From NCBI GenBank assembly GCA_048940925.1, contig JBHLOC010000016.1:1-64000 (forward strand): 64,000 nt of DNA. Reading direction: 5' to 3'. This stretch comes from Promethearchaeota archaeon. GTDB taxonomy: Archaea > Asgardarchaeota > Lokiarchaeia > Sigyniarchaeales > SOKP01. Below, in pieces: positions 8,907-18,806 of the stretch. How positions within the stretch are numbered: the first letter of the stretch is position 1; each line of letters begins with the position of its first letter. The notes below the pieces were generated by a model. That model was not told the origin of the DNA. It did not search any database and saw only the letters and a program-made list of their open reading frames with translations. A program made the position numbers and the translations under genes.

Positions 8907-10076
8907 TTAATTATTAATTTTTTCAGATTCATTTTTTTTTAACGAGCTTTTAGCTTTTTCAACAGTATTGGTTTCAGATTCTTTTGGCAACAATTTTCTC
9001 ATCCATTCAGGAAAAGCTGTTGTTATTTGTAGATTTGTTTTTAAAACTATATATGTTTCTTTATTATAATTCAATTCTTCAATAACATCATATTTCTTGA
9101 GAAATTCAATATTTTCTACAAATGAGCCAAGTGTTTTTTTGGATAGTAACTTAGGTAATGCATCTTTTGAAATTAAACTATTTCTTAATTCAGAAAGAAC
9201 ATTATATTTCTTTGGATCAGCCATTATTTTAATTAGTGTAAAAGTATCTTCCTTTAATTCTTCATCTGTTTTTTTTTCATATTCACTAAAGTACCCTTGG
9301 ACTTTGGGAAGAAGCAAATCAATTAACTCTGGATAATCATCAATGTATTCTATTACACTATCTGGGGGAATTCTTTCTGCATTTACCTCTTTTAATAAAA
9401 GTACATATTTTTCTACTAATCCGATTTGATTTATAAAAATGAATTGTTTATCTTCTAATGTATTAATTATTTCCTCAAAATTCTTATTAGGAAAATTTTC
9501 AATAAACCATTCTCTGAGCATTTCTAAAGGTATTGGTCCTTTTGATAATTTCTCTAAAGTGTCAAATATATGTTTATCATTTAATAAAATTGCGATTTTC
9601 TCTTCTTCAGTTTTTTCTCTTGTAATATCTAATATAGCCCAATATAGACTCTCCACCCACACTTTTATCAAAGATTCATTTTTTATGATTCTTTCTTTAT
9701 CATCTTCATGATAATTTAAATCATTTATATAAAATGCTGTAAAAATCTCTTCATTTGCTCGTAATCTTTCTGAAAATTCTATACATAAGTCTGATATTTT
9801 TTCTTCTATTTCTGGAGATAATTGCTGATCCACAATTGTAGAAACCATTAATATTTCTTTATTTCCACGAGCCCAATCGGAGTGAATCTCAAAATAATAA
9901 TTTAGAGATCTTAAATTTTCAAAAGAATGAGTGAAAAAACCTTCATTAAACTGTTGATCCATAAAATTGGCTATTTTAACCGATAAATCTTTATCCAATG
10001 AGTCTTTAGGATAAGAATAGACTACTAGTGGTCCAATTTTACGATGAAACCATGATAATGCTACGATTGTCTTCAA
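8907..10076 (-). CDS. longin/uDENN-like (folliculin/SMCR8-like) domain protein with C-terminal winged-helix-like repeats
   Basis: N-terminal WFHRKIGPLVVYSYP strand-GP motif and YFEIHSDWARG motif; TTG start after GGAG. Confidence 0.6.
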   Translation of the reverse strand: MKTIVALSWFHRKIGPLVVYSYPKDSLDKDLSVKIANFMDQQFNEGFFTHSFENLRSLNYYFEIHSDWARGNKEILMVSTIVDQQLSPEIEEKISDLCIEFSERLRANEEIFTAFYINDLNYHEDDKERIIKNESLIKVWVESLYWAILDITREKTEEEKIAILLNDKHIFDTLEKLSKGPIPLEMLREWFIENFPNKNFEEIINTLEDKQFIFINQIGLVEKYVLLLKEVNAERIPPDSVIEYIDDYPELIDLLLPKVQGYFSEYEKKTDEELKEDTFTLIKIMADPKKYNVLSELRNSLISKDALPKLLSKKTLGSFVENIEFLKKYDVIEELNYNKETYIVLKTNLQITTAFPEWMRKLLPKESETNTVEKAKSSLKKNESEKINN

Positions 10077-10280
10077 TTAATGAATCTCCAAAACGAGATG
10101 ATTATTTTTTAATTAAAACAGTTAATTTTAGCATGAATAACTTAAATTAAATTAATATTAAAGATTATATATTATTAAAGATAAATAAATTTATCTTAAC
10201 TCAACCTCTATTATCTTTAAGTAATGAAATTTAACAAATAATTAGTGATATTAGCTTTAAGAGAAAGAACAACTGTGACA

Positions 10281-11024
10281 ATGTGTCCTATAAAATTAGT
10301 TGGATTCGATTTAGATGATTGCTTATTTGATTCCACAGGATTATCTGATAGAGCTAGAATTAAGGGTATTGAAGCAATGATCTCACTTGGCTTAGATATT
10401 AAAAGAGAAAAAGCAATAAAGATATTAGAAGAAATTGTCAATGAATATGGTTCTAATTCTTCAAAACATTACAATTATTTTATACGTAGATTAAACCAAA
10501 TGGATGAAGATGTGGAATATATTTCTTACAATGACCAATATAAGTATATAGCTTCCGCTGTTATGGCATATCATGCTGAAAAAATCAATTCAATTAAATT
10601 ATATGATGATGTGGAAGAATGTTTATTAAAATTAAAAAAAAAATCTATTAAAACTGCTATTATTACCGATGGTATTCCAATTAAGCAGTATGAAAAGATT
10701 TTAAGGCTTAAAATTGATCTTTTAATAGATTTAATTGTAATTTCAGATGAAATAGGAATTAAAAAACCAAATCCAGAATTATTTAATTATTGTTTGAAAA
10801 AATTTGGAATCAATGGTTCTGAAACGATTTATATCGGAGACAGAATTGATAAAGATATTATCCCTTCTAATTTAAATGGAATTTTTAGCGTTTACATTCA
10901 TAGAGGAGGAAAATATGACAAATATAATGCAGATTCAAACTTTAAAGGAGCTATGAAACCTAATTTTGAAATCACTAATTTAAACCAAATCTTTGACATT
11001 ATTGAAATCATAAATCAAAAATAA
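10281..11024 (+). CDS. HAD-superfamily hydrolase, subfamily IA (TIGR02253-like)
   Basis: FDLDDCLFD, IITDG, KKPNP, YIGDRIDKDI. Confidence 0.9.
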   Translation: MCPIKLVGFDLDDCLFDSTGLSDRARIKGIEAMISLGLDIKREKAIKILEEIVNEYGSNSSKHYNYFIRRLNQMDEDVEYISYNDQYKYIASAVMAYHAEKINSIKLYDDVEECLLKLKKKSIKTAIITDGIPIKQYEKILRLKIDLLIDLIVISDEIGIKKPNPELFNYCLKKFGINGSETIYIGDRIDKDIIPSNLNGIFSVYIHRGGKYDKYNADSNFKGAMKPNFEITNLNQIFDIIEIINQK

Positions 11025-11044
11025 TCTATTGGTTAATATTTTAT

Positions 11045-11863
11045 ATGAAAGTTGCTTGCCTTCAGCCCAGAATTTTTGAAAATAGACCGAAATGCTATTT
11101 TGAAATTGAACATATTTTAAATAATTTATTAGCAAAATGCAATAAATGTGATATTGTATGCCTACCTGAAAGGTGGACTCCACTTTTTAAAGACATATCG
11201 AAAAATTTACAGAAAGAAAGAGGTAATGATTATAATTTCATTAAAAATTTAGCCAAAAATTATAATATTAATATCATTTCAGGAGCAATTTGGGAAAGAA
11301 GAAGTAATATAAGAAAGCCACTTATTACATGCTACTTTTTTAACGAAAAAGGAGAAGAAATGGGTAGACAAGATAAATTGCATCTCTATTCCTATGAAAG
11401 AGAGCAATTTGAATCTGGTACGGAATTAAAAATATTTAAGTTTAATAATTCAGATTATTTTGCGATTCTTATTTGTTTTGATATGGCTTTTTTCGAAACA
11501 CCTCGATTAGCAGTAGAAAATGGTGCAAATATCTTATTTTCTCCCACTCAAATTAGAGATGATGGAATGTATAATTGGGATATTTATTTAAAAGCTCGTG
11601 CACTTGAAAATAGAGTGCCAATTGCAGCTTGCAATTCGGTTGGACACTATTTTAAAAGGAATTTCCTTGGAAATAGTAAAATTATTTCATTTGCTAAACG
11701 AAATATCTCTCCTTCTAAACTTAAGATTGTAGAGGGTCCTATTGATTCGAGCGGGTATATATTTGATGACATTGATTTAACTTTCCCCAAAAAACTAAGA
11801 AATATTAGATTAAAAGAAAAAATCGATAAGAACAAAATAAATGTGAAGATAATTAATTATTAA
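11045..11863 (+). CDS. carbon-nitrogen hydrolase (nitrilase superfamily)
   Basis: Catalytic triad E (CLPE), K (DKLHL), C (ICFD); ARALEN. Confidence 0.9.
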   Translation: MKVACLQPRIFENRPKCYFEIEHILNNLLAKCNKCDIVCLPERWTPLFKDISKNLQKERGNDYNFIKNLAKNYNINIISGAIWERRSNIRKPLITCYFFNEKGEEMGRQDKLHLYSYEREQFESGTELKIFKFNNSDYFAILICFDMAFFETPRLAVENGANILFSPTQIRDDGMYNWDIYLKARALENRVPIAACNSVGHYFKRNFLGNSKIISFAKRNISPSKLKIVEGPIDSSGYIFDDIDLTFPKKLRNIRLKEKIDKNKINVKIINY

Positions 11864-11865
11864 TA

Positions 11866-12846
11866 ATGGTTAAAAATGTGGAGTTTAAAATGAAAAGTTC
11901 TGAAGAACTCAAAAAAATACTCTTCTGTGGTTTAGAAAATGGTGGAAAAACTTCAATTCTATTAACTTTGGACAGAAAATTTAGTTTATTACCTACTGTT
12001 AAACCTACAATAAAAGCTAAAAGGACTTTTTATACTAATTCATTACTCGGGATCTCTATTGTCAGGTGGGATTTAGGAGGCCAAAAAGGTTATAGGAAAA
12101 TTTATTTAGACAATAAAAGTAAATATTTTACAGATATGCAATCAATTTTTTACGTAATAGATATTCAAACTTCCGAACAATTTAGAGATGATCTAGTTTA
12201 TCTTACTGATATTGTAAATATAATGTCTGCTTCTCATCCAGATAATTTTCAGTTCTTAATTTTACTCCATAAATGTGATCCTGATATAAAAAAAACTAAA
12301 GCTGTTATAAATAAAATAAATTACCTAAAACATAAAATTCCATCAATAATTAATGATTTAAAATTCAATATATATACCACTTCTATTTATGATGAACCAA
12401 GTTTATTAAAAGCATTTTCTGATGGTGTTTTTTATGCTACTCATAAATCTGAGATGTTTCAAACATTATTAAAAGAATATATGGGTAAAACTTATAGTAG
12501 CGCGACACTCTTATTAGATCAGAATTGTTTTATAATCGCCAGCAGATCCACAAATGAAAACTATCAACGAATTTGCGAGTCAATTGCCCCAAGATTAACA
12601 CAGGCATTAGAAAAATTAGAAGAATGGGATATAAATACTATAGATATTGTTACCAATATTGAATTTCCAGAGAAGCATTCTGAATTCCAAAAAGAAGGTG
12701 TTATCTTTCTAAGAAAAATGGATATTAGCGAAACGAGGTTTTATCTGGTTGCACTCTGTTTAAATAAAAATGTAAAAATCAAATCCTACGAATATTTACC
12801 TTTATTAGCTACTAATTTACAAAATTTATTAGAGAGCTTTGAATGA
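11866..12846 (+). CDS. Rag/Gtr-like small GTPase with C-terminal roadblock/longin-like domain
   Basis: G1 GLENGGKTS, G2 PT, G3 WDLGGQ, G4 HKCD, G5 TSIYD..LLKAFS; C-terminal LLLDQNCFIIAS. Confidence 0.8.
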   Translation: MVKNVEFKMKSSEELKKILFCGLENGGKTSILLTLDRKFSLLPTVKPTIKAKRTFYTNSLLGISIVRWDLGGQKGYRKIYLDNKSKYFTDMQSIFYVIDIQTSEQFRDDLVYLTDIVNIMSASHPDNFQFLILLHKCDPDIKKTKAVINKINYLKHKIPSIINDLKFNIYTTSIYDEPSLLKAFSDGVFYATHKSEMFQTLLKEYMGKTYSSATLLLDQNCFIIASRSTNENYQRICESIAPRLTQALEKLEEWDINTIDIVTNIEFPEKHSEFQKEGVIFLRKMDISETRFYLVALCLNKNVKIKSYEYLPLLATNLQNLLESFE

Positions 12847-12995
12847 TTCTTTCTCACTAAATAATATTATGTTATAGAATTTTGAAATCATTCTTTTTTT
12901 AGTAAGATTAAAATTTATTTTTATTTCCAATGACCTCTCTGGGTGGGGTTTAAATACTTCCATTCAAAAAGAATTTTAAAACAATTAAAAATATA

Positions 12996-14156
12996 ATGAC
13001 CATTAATTTAAAATCTGAACATATCTATATAGGCCCAAAAGCTTTATTTGATCCATATTATGTTCCTCCACTTTTATTACATAGAAAAAAAGAACAAGAA
13101 TTATTGTATTCACTCTTAATGGATTCTATTTCAGATGAGTTTTGTGTTAATATACTTTATCAAGGAATAGACGGAGTTGGGAAGAAAGCAGTTGTAAATA
13201 AAGTAGTTAATGATATTTTACTTCAAAATGAAGAGTATATGAAGATTTGTAAAATATGTATCGATTGTAAAGAAAAAAATTTTGAGGAAATGATTTTTTC
13301 ACTGATATCTGATTTACTCTTCTTTTCAAATAGAGAATTTAGCATTGATTCAATTTTAAATTCAAATCGCTCACATATCTGGAATATATTTAAATTATTG
13401 TGTCAAAAAAGTAATTATCGCTTTATTTTTATATTTAACAATGTAGAGTATCTAAAATCTGAACTTTGCAAAAAATTTCTCCATTTTGGAAAAGAAGAAA
13501 ATATTTCTATAATATCAACTGTAAATAAAATGTTAAGGCCAAATACTATTGATATTTTAAAGGAATTCGATTTCAAAAATAAACTAAATTTCTTTACTTA
13601 TAATGAACTTTACTCTATTCTAAAACAAAGAGTTATGTTGACTTTCTCACATCATTTAGATGATGACCTAATTAAATATATTACTGATTTGGTTTGTGAG
13701 CAATATGTACCTGTTCCCGGGAAGGGAATTGAAATTCTTCGAGATCTTTATCCGATATTAAAAGGTAAGAAGAATTATAAAACTTTTGAAGTAATGGAGA
13801 ATTGTCAGAGTCATTTTGATCAATCCCACATATTCGACGAATTCAATATGTTGAATTATATTTCTGAAGAAGATTTGTTAAATATCATTTTTTTAGATAA
13901 CCTTTCAAATTTTTTTACCAATACAATGGATTATTATATATCTGTGGACCAATTACAAGAATTATTTAATATTTCTTGTGAATCTTTGGATTATAAAAAG
14001 GATTTAACTGAATTTCGAACTATAACTAAAGGATTATTAAATATTGGAATTTTAAAACTCTCAAAGCAAGATCCTTATTCAAAAAATGATTTTTATTATA
14101 TGCTGATAAGCCCTCATCAATTAAAAGCTATAATTGATACTGTTTTTAACAACTAA
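12996..14156 (+). CDS. Cdc6/Orc1-like AAA+ protein with degenerate Walker motifs
   Basis: FDPYYVPPLLLHRKKE N-terminus, GIDGVGKKA, FIFNNVE, FTYNELYSILKQR, C-terminal winged-helix-like region. Confidence 0.72.
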   Translation: MTINLKSEHIYIGPKALFDPYYVPPLLLHRKKEQELLYSLLMDSISDEFCVNILYQGIDGVGKKAVVNKVVNDILLQNEEYMKICKICIDCKEKNFEEMIFSLISDLLFFSNREFSIDSILNSNRSHIWNIFKLLCQKSNYRFIFIFNNVEYLKSELCKKFLHFGKEENISIISTVNKMLRPNTIDILKEFDFKNKLNFFTYNELYSILKQRVMLTFSHHLDDDLIKYITDLVCEQYVPVPGKGIEILRDLYPILKGKKNYKTFEVMENCQSHFDQSHIFDEFNMLNYISEEDLLNIIFLDNLSNFFTNTMDYYISVDQLQELFNISCESLDYKKDLTEFRTITKGLLNIGILKLSKQDPYSKNDFYYMLISPHQLKAIIDTVFNN

Positions 14157-14327
14157 TATTTATATATTTCAAGAAAAAATTTCGTAATTCTTTAAAAATT
14201 ACTACACTCTAATAATTCATAAAAATAGAATAATAGCATCAGATTTTTTTATATACAAAACATGCCTATCATATATATAATCGTTTTACTCTATTTTTAA
14301 TAATAAAGGAAGAAATGGAGAAAAATT

Positions 14328-17300
14328 TTGACTTATATTAAGAAAATTTCCATGACGGGATTCAAATCATTTGGAGACCGTACTGTAACAATCAAACTTT
14401 CAAGTGGTTTTACCTGTATTGTAGGTCCAAATGGAGCAGGAAAATCTAATATTATAGACGCACTGTGTTTTGCTTTAGGTAGATTGAGTAAAAAAACAAT
14501 GAGAGCAAAAAGTTTAGAAGACCTAATATTTGCAGGTTCAAGAGGAAAAAACCCTTCTCAGAGAGCAACGGTAACAATGTATTTTGATAATTCAGAGAAT
14601 GTTTTCCCCGGAGGTACAGAATCTTTTGAAATCACTCGTACTATAAAAAGAGGAGGTGGTGGCGGTTATAAGATGAATGGAAAAAAAACTACTCGGCAAC
14701 AGATTCTCAATGCTTTAGCTGCTGCAAATGTTGATCCCGATGGTAGTAATCAATTCGTTTTACAGGGAAAAATTGTAGAATTGACACACATGAATGCAGA
14801 AGAACGAAGACAATTTATTGAAGAACTCATTGGACTTCAAAAATATGATGAAATGAAAGATGTTACGTTAAAAGAATTGGAAAAAGCAGAAAGAGATTTA
14901 GGACAATTCGAAGCAATTTTTAAAGAAGTATCTTCTCAACTCAAAAAAGTTGAAAAAGAAAAGAATGATGCGTTAGCATGGAAAGAACTGGATGATCACG
15001 TGAACTTTTTGAATTCACAGTTAATAGCTTTAAAAATTTCAAAATTAAGAGAAGAAGAAGATGAATTAGAAAAAAAAATAGAAAATTCTCTAAAAATTAT
15101 CGAAGAATTGGAAGAAAAAATTGTTAGACAAGAAGATTTGCTAAAACAAGAATCACTTGTGATGGATAATATTCAACTTACAATAAATGAAAAAGAAAAG
15201 GAGAGAGAGGAAATAACTGAGAATATAACTCAATTAAAGACTAAAATTTCTTCAAATCAAACTACATTAAATCTAGCTAATAAATCAATTGAAAAATTGA
15301 CACAAGAAATAAAAAATTTAGAAAATTTACAAATGGAGCTTGAAGAAGGACAATCTATTGATTCCTTAATAGAACAAGCTACAAATGAGATTTCTGAATG
15401 TGAAAATTTTATTGAAGGATCTAAAAAGGAAATAGAAAAAAGACAGCAGATACAAGCTGAACTAGAGACAAAAATAAAGACAAAAGAAGAAGAAAAATCA
15501 CAATTTCAATCTGAAATCTCAAGTATTAAACAAAATATATCATCTAGTAAAGCACAAACAAAAGTTTTGAGAGAAAATATTAAAAAGAATGAAGATAAGA
15601 AAGTTAAATTAGAAAATGAATTGAATAAATTAAAAAGGGATGCAGAAAGTATAGATGATGCAATAGAAGATGCAAGAAAGGCAGAAAAGGAAATTCGAAA
15701 ACAAATTGATAATTTAAAAGTTAAAGCCTCTGAAGAAAATCAAAATAGAAAAGATTTGGAAAATAAAATAAATTCACTTCAACAAGAAAAAAATAATTTG
15801 AACAATAATCTTGGAAATATAAGGTCATCTTTATCGTCTTTAAATACTGAGATTAATATGAATAACAATAGAATTCAAGATTTAAATAAGAAAAAAATTT
15901 CAATCGAGAAGAAAATCCAGGAATTAAGCAAGGGTAAAGATACTGAACAAGTTGTTAAAGAACTGTTAAAAGAAAATGAAGATGTTAATAAAGTATTAAT
16001 AGGATTAAGAGCAAAATTAAAGGAAGAAAACTCAATTTACAAAAAAAATGAGCAGAATCTAGAACTTTTGAAAATGAAAAAATATTCTCTTGAGTCTGAA
16101 ATTAATGATAATAAAGGAAAAATTGACAATATTAATACTGAACTAAAAATATACTCAAAAGAATTGACTAAATTGGAAAGAGAAAAGAATAATTTAGACT
16201 TACATGTGAATGAACTAAAAAATAATCTTTCAAATACTGAAAAAGATATAGAAAAATTCAGTTTAAGAAAAGAAAACATCCAAAGACGTTTGGAAGAACT
16301 TAAGAAAGAAAGGGAGACCCTCTTAAAAAAAATTGAATCTTCAGAAGAAGAATATGAGAAGAATACGGAAGATATAACTGGAATCTTACAAATTTTAAAT
16401 ATGCTTACTCAAAATATCAATATATCAGTTGAATCTATAAAAAGTAATATACAACAGGCAAATGCTGAAGCAATAGAATTATCTGCTGAAGATTTCAAAA
16501 AATTTGTATTAGATATTGTAGATATAATGAAAACAATCGAAACACTAGGTAGTGATACAGAACAAACTGCCGAGATGTCAGAAATGCTCAGCTCGATATT
16601 AGAAACACTAAGTTTATTTACAGAAAATGCTGATTCTACAATTAATCAACTCATTGAAAGGGTAAAAGAATCTGCTGATGTAGAAGTTCAAACATCAACT
16701 ACTACTTTTGATAGTTTTGTGCAAGATCTAATGGAAATTCTTGAAAATGTATATTTATCTTTAAGAAAGTTAACTATGTCCAAGAGTCAAGAACTATATA
16801 AACAACTAGAAGATATTTCTGAAAATATTAGTGCTCAATCTGATGATTTTAATGATGTTGAGAAAAAATTTACAGGAAAAAATGTACAAAATCAACATAG
16901 TACAGAGAAGCTTTCAATTTCTATTCGTAGACTCGAAGAAATTACTAAAAGAATTCAAGAATTAAATACAAGAAGTTTGAAATCAGAAGAAGAAAACAAA
17001 GATAGAAACACGATTATAAACGAAAGAAAAAAAGAAATTGAAAGTTTAGATATTGAAATTGAAAAGTTAATAGAGCTTAAAGATAAATATTGGGATAATA
17101 TATCTCAAATCCAAGATGATATCGAGAAAAAACAAACAGAATTAGAGACTTTAAGAATAAAGTTACAAGAATTACATGGAATTCAGAACTTATTCGAAAA
17201 TATTACTGAAATTGATGAAAATATACAAAAATTAAATAGTGCAATAGATGATAAAAAGAATTTGATTATTAATACTGAAAATAGTATTAATAAAATTCAA

Positions 17301-18782
17301 GAAGAGCAAAATTCTATTCAAAATGAAATTGATACTTATACTATACAAAAAGAAAAATTTTGGGAGATAACAGAAAAAATCCAGAAGCAAATTGAAGATA
17401 AAAATAAGGAATTAGAAGAAACTATGGATCGTCTTAGGGCACTGGAAAATGTAATGAGAATTATCAATTCAATTGAGGATATTAAAAAGGAAAATATTGA
17501 TGCCAATAATAGTATTGAACAGTGTTTGAAAGATGTTGAAGTTTTCAACTCTCAAGTTGATGAAATTCAAAAAAATGTTGATCAAAGACAAGAAATAATA
17601 GATTCTCTTAGAAATGAAAAAAGTAAAGAATTGGAATTACAAAAAAAAGCCCAAAAGCAATTGAACAAGCTGAATAAAGATTTACAGAAACACCAAGGAA
17701 AATTAAATGAATTAAATAAAAATAAAGAAAGAGAACAGAAAATTATAGAATTAGGTGTAGAGATACAAGACACTGAAAAACAAGTAGAATCCACTTTAAA
17801 CGAATTAGAGAATTTTAAAGAAGAATTAAATAATGAAAATGAGAAAAAGGACAATAAGCAAAATGAAATTGATAATTATGTCCAAGAAAAAGATCAATCA
17901 TGGAAAAAACAAAAACAATTCCAAAAAATAATTACAGATTTGAAATCAGATCTGTCGATGGAAAATTCAAAAAAAAATAACTTTGAATCTAAGAAAATTA
18001 TATGCGCAGATCAAATAGAGACTTTGTTTCAACGATCCAAGGAATTTGGCTCATTACCAAGGGTAACCGAAGATTTATCAGAACCAGGGTTACAATCTGA
18101 AATAGTGGAAGCAACAAAGAAGAAGAAAGCTCTCGAACCTGTGAATTTAAAGGCAATTGAACAGTACGATGCAGTTAAAGAAAGATTTGATGAAATTGAC
18201 ATGCGTAGACAGACAATACAGAGAGAAAGAAAATCGATTTTAGATGCAATAGATAAAATAGAACTTGAAAAAACAAGAACATTTATGAAAGCATATCATG
18301 AGATTAACCGAGAATTTAGTATGATTTTTCAAAAACTCAGCCCTGGTGGTTCGGCCAAAATGATTTTAGATCGTCCTGATAAACCTTTTGAGGGTGGAAT
18401 TAGTATTGAAGCTAGACCTCGAGGTAAAAAAATATCTAGCCTTGAAATTCTAAGTGGAGGCGAAAAAACACTCGTAGCACTCTCGTTTATCTTTGCTGTT
18501 CAGGAATTTTATCCAGCACCATTTTATGTTATGGATGAGATTGATGCAGCCCTTGATGGTCCTAATGTGCATAGAGTAAGCACAGTAATTCAAGAATTTT
18601 CAAAACAAGCACAATTCCTTGTAATAAGTCATAGGGAAGAAAATATTGTGAATGCAGACCGCATATATGGAGTTTCAATGCAGCAAAGTGGAATTACTGA
18701 TATTTTTAGCGTAGATTTAGAGGAGGAGGCTAAACGACTCTTAGAGCTTGAAGATATTGAGCCTACAATTACAGAAAATTAA
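14328..18782 (+). CDS. smc: chromosome segregation protein SMC, elongated, without a recognisable canonical hinge
   Basis: GFKSF, Walker A GPNGAGKSN, Q-loop VLQG, PVNLKAIEQY, signature LSGGEK, Walker B MDEIDAALD, ISHR; long coiled coils; TTG start after GGAG. Confidence 0.95.
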   Translation: MTYIKKISMTGFKSFGDRTVTIKLSSGFTCIVGPNGAGKSNIIDALCFALGRLSKKTMRAKSLEDLIFAGSRGKNPSQRATVTMYFDNSENVFPGGTESFEITRTIKRGGGGGYKMNGKKTTRQQILNALAAANVDPDGSNQFVLQGKIVELTHMNAEERRQFIEELIGLQKYDEMKDVTLKELEKAERDLGQFEAIFKEVSSQLKKVEKEKNDALAWKELDDHVNFLNSQLIALKISKLREEEDELEKKIENSLKIIEELEEKIVRQEDLLKQESLVMDNIQLTINEKEKEREEITENITQLKTKISSNQTTLNLANKSIEKLTQEIKNLENLQMELEEGQSIDSLIEQATNEISECENFIEGSKKEIEKRQQIQAELETKIKTKEEEKSQFQSEISSIKQNISSSKAQTKVLRENIKKNEDKKVKLENELNKLKRDAESIDDAIEDARKAEKEIRKQIDNLKVKASEENQNRKDLENKINSLQQEKNNLNNNLGNIRSSLSSLNTEINMNNNRIQDLNKKKISIEKKIQELSKGKDTEQVVKELLKENEDVNKVLIGLRAKLKEENSIYKKNEQNLELLKMKKYSLESEINDNKGKIDNINTELKIYSKELTKLEREKNNLDLHVNELKNNLSNTEKDIEKFSLRKENIQRRLEELKKERETLLKKIESSEEEYEKNTEDITGILQILNMLTQNINISVESIKSNIQQANAEAIELSAEDFKKFVLDIVDIMKTIETLGSDTEQTAEMSEMLSSILETLSLFTENADSTINQLIERVKESADVEVQTSTTTFDSFVQDLMEILENVYLSLRKLTMSKSQELYKQLEDISENISAQSDDFNDVEKKFTGKNVQNQHSTEKLSISIRRLEEITKRIQELNTRSLKSEEENKDRNTIINERKKEIESLDIEIEKLIELKDKYWDNISQIQDDIEKKQTELETLRIKLQELHGIQNLFENITEIDENIQKLNSAIDDKKNLIINTENSINKIQEEQNSIQNEIDTYTIQKEKFWEITEKIQKQIEDKNKELEETMDRLRALENVMRIINSIEDIKKENIDANNSIEQCLKDVEVFNSQVDEIQKNVDQRQEIIDSLRNEKSKELELQKKAQKQLNKLNKDLQKHQGKLNELNKNKEREQKIIELGVEIQDTEKQVESTLNELENFKEELNNENEKKDNKQNEIDNYVQEKDQSWKKQKQFQKIITDLKSDLSMENSKKNNFESKKIICADQIETLFQRSKEFGSLPRVTEDLSEPGLQSEIVEATKKKKALEPVNLKAIEQYDAVKERFDEIDMRRQTIQRERKSILDAIDKIELEKTRTFMKAYHEINREFSMIFQKLSPGGSAKMILDRPDKPFEGGISIEARPRGKKISSLEILSGGEKTLVALSFIFAVQEFYPAPFYVMDEIDAALDGPNVHRVSTVIQEFSKQAQFLVISHREENIVNADRIYGVSMQQSGITDIFSVDLEEEAKRLLELEDIEPTITEN

Positions 18783-18806
18783 ATATTGTTGAAATGGTGA
18801 TTAATA

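Noticed and set aside
12922-12960. TTTCCAATGACCTCTCTGGGTGGGG upstream of the cdc6-like gene as a possible ORB / replication origin
   Set aside because: Single copy, lacks the GAAA core, and has no inverted partner. It directly precedes TTTAAATA, so a promoter is the simpler reading.
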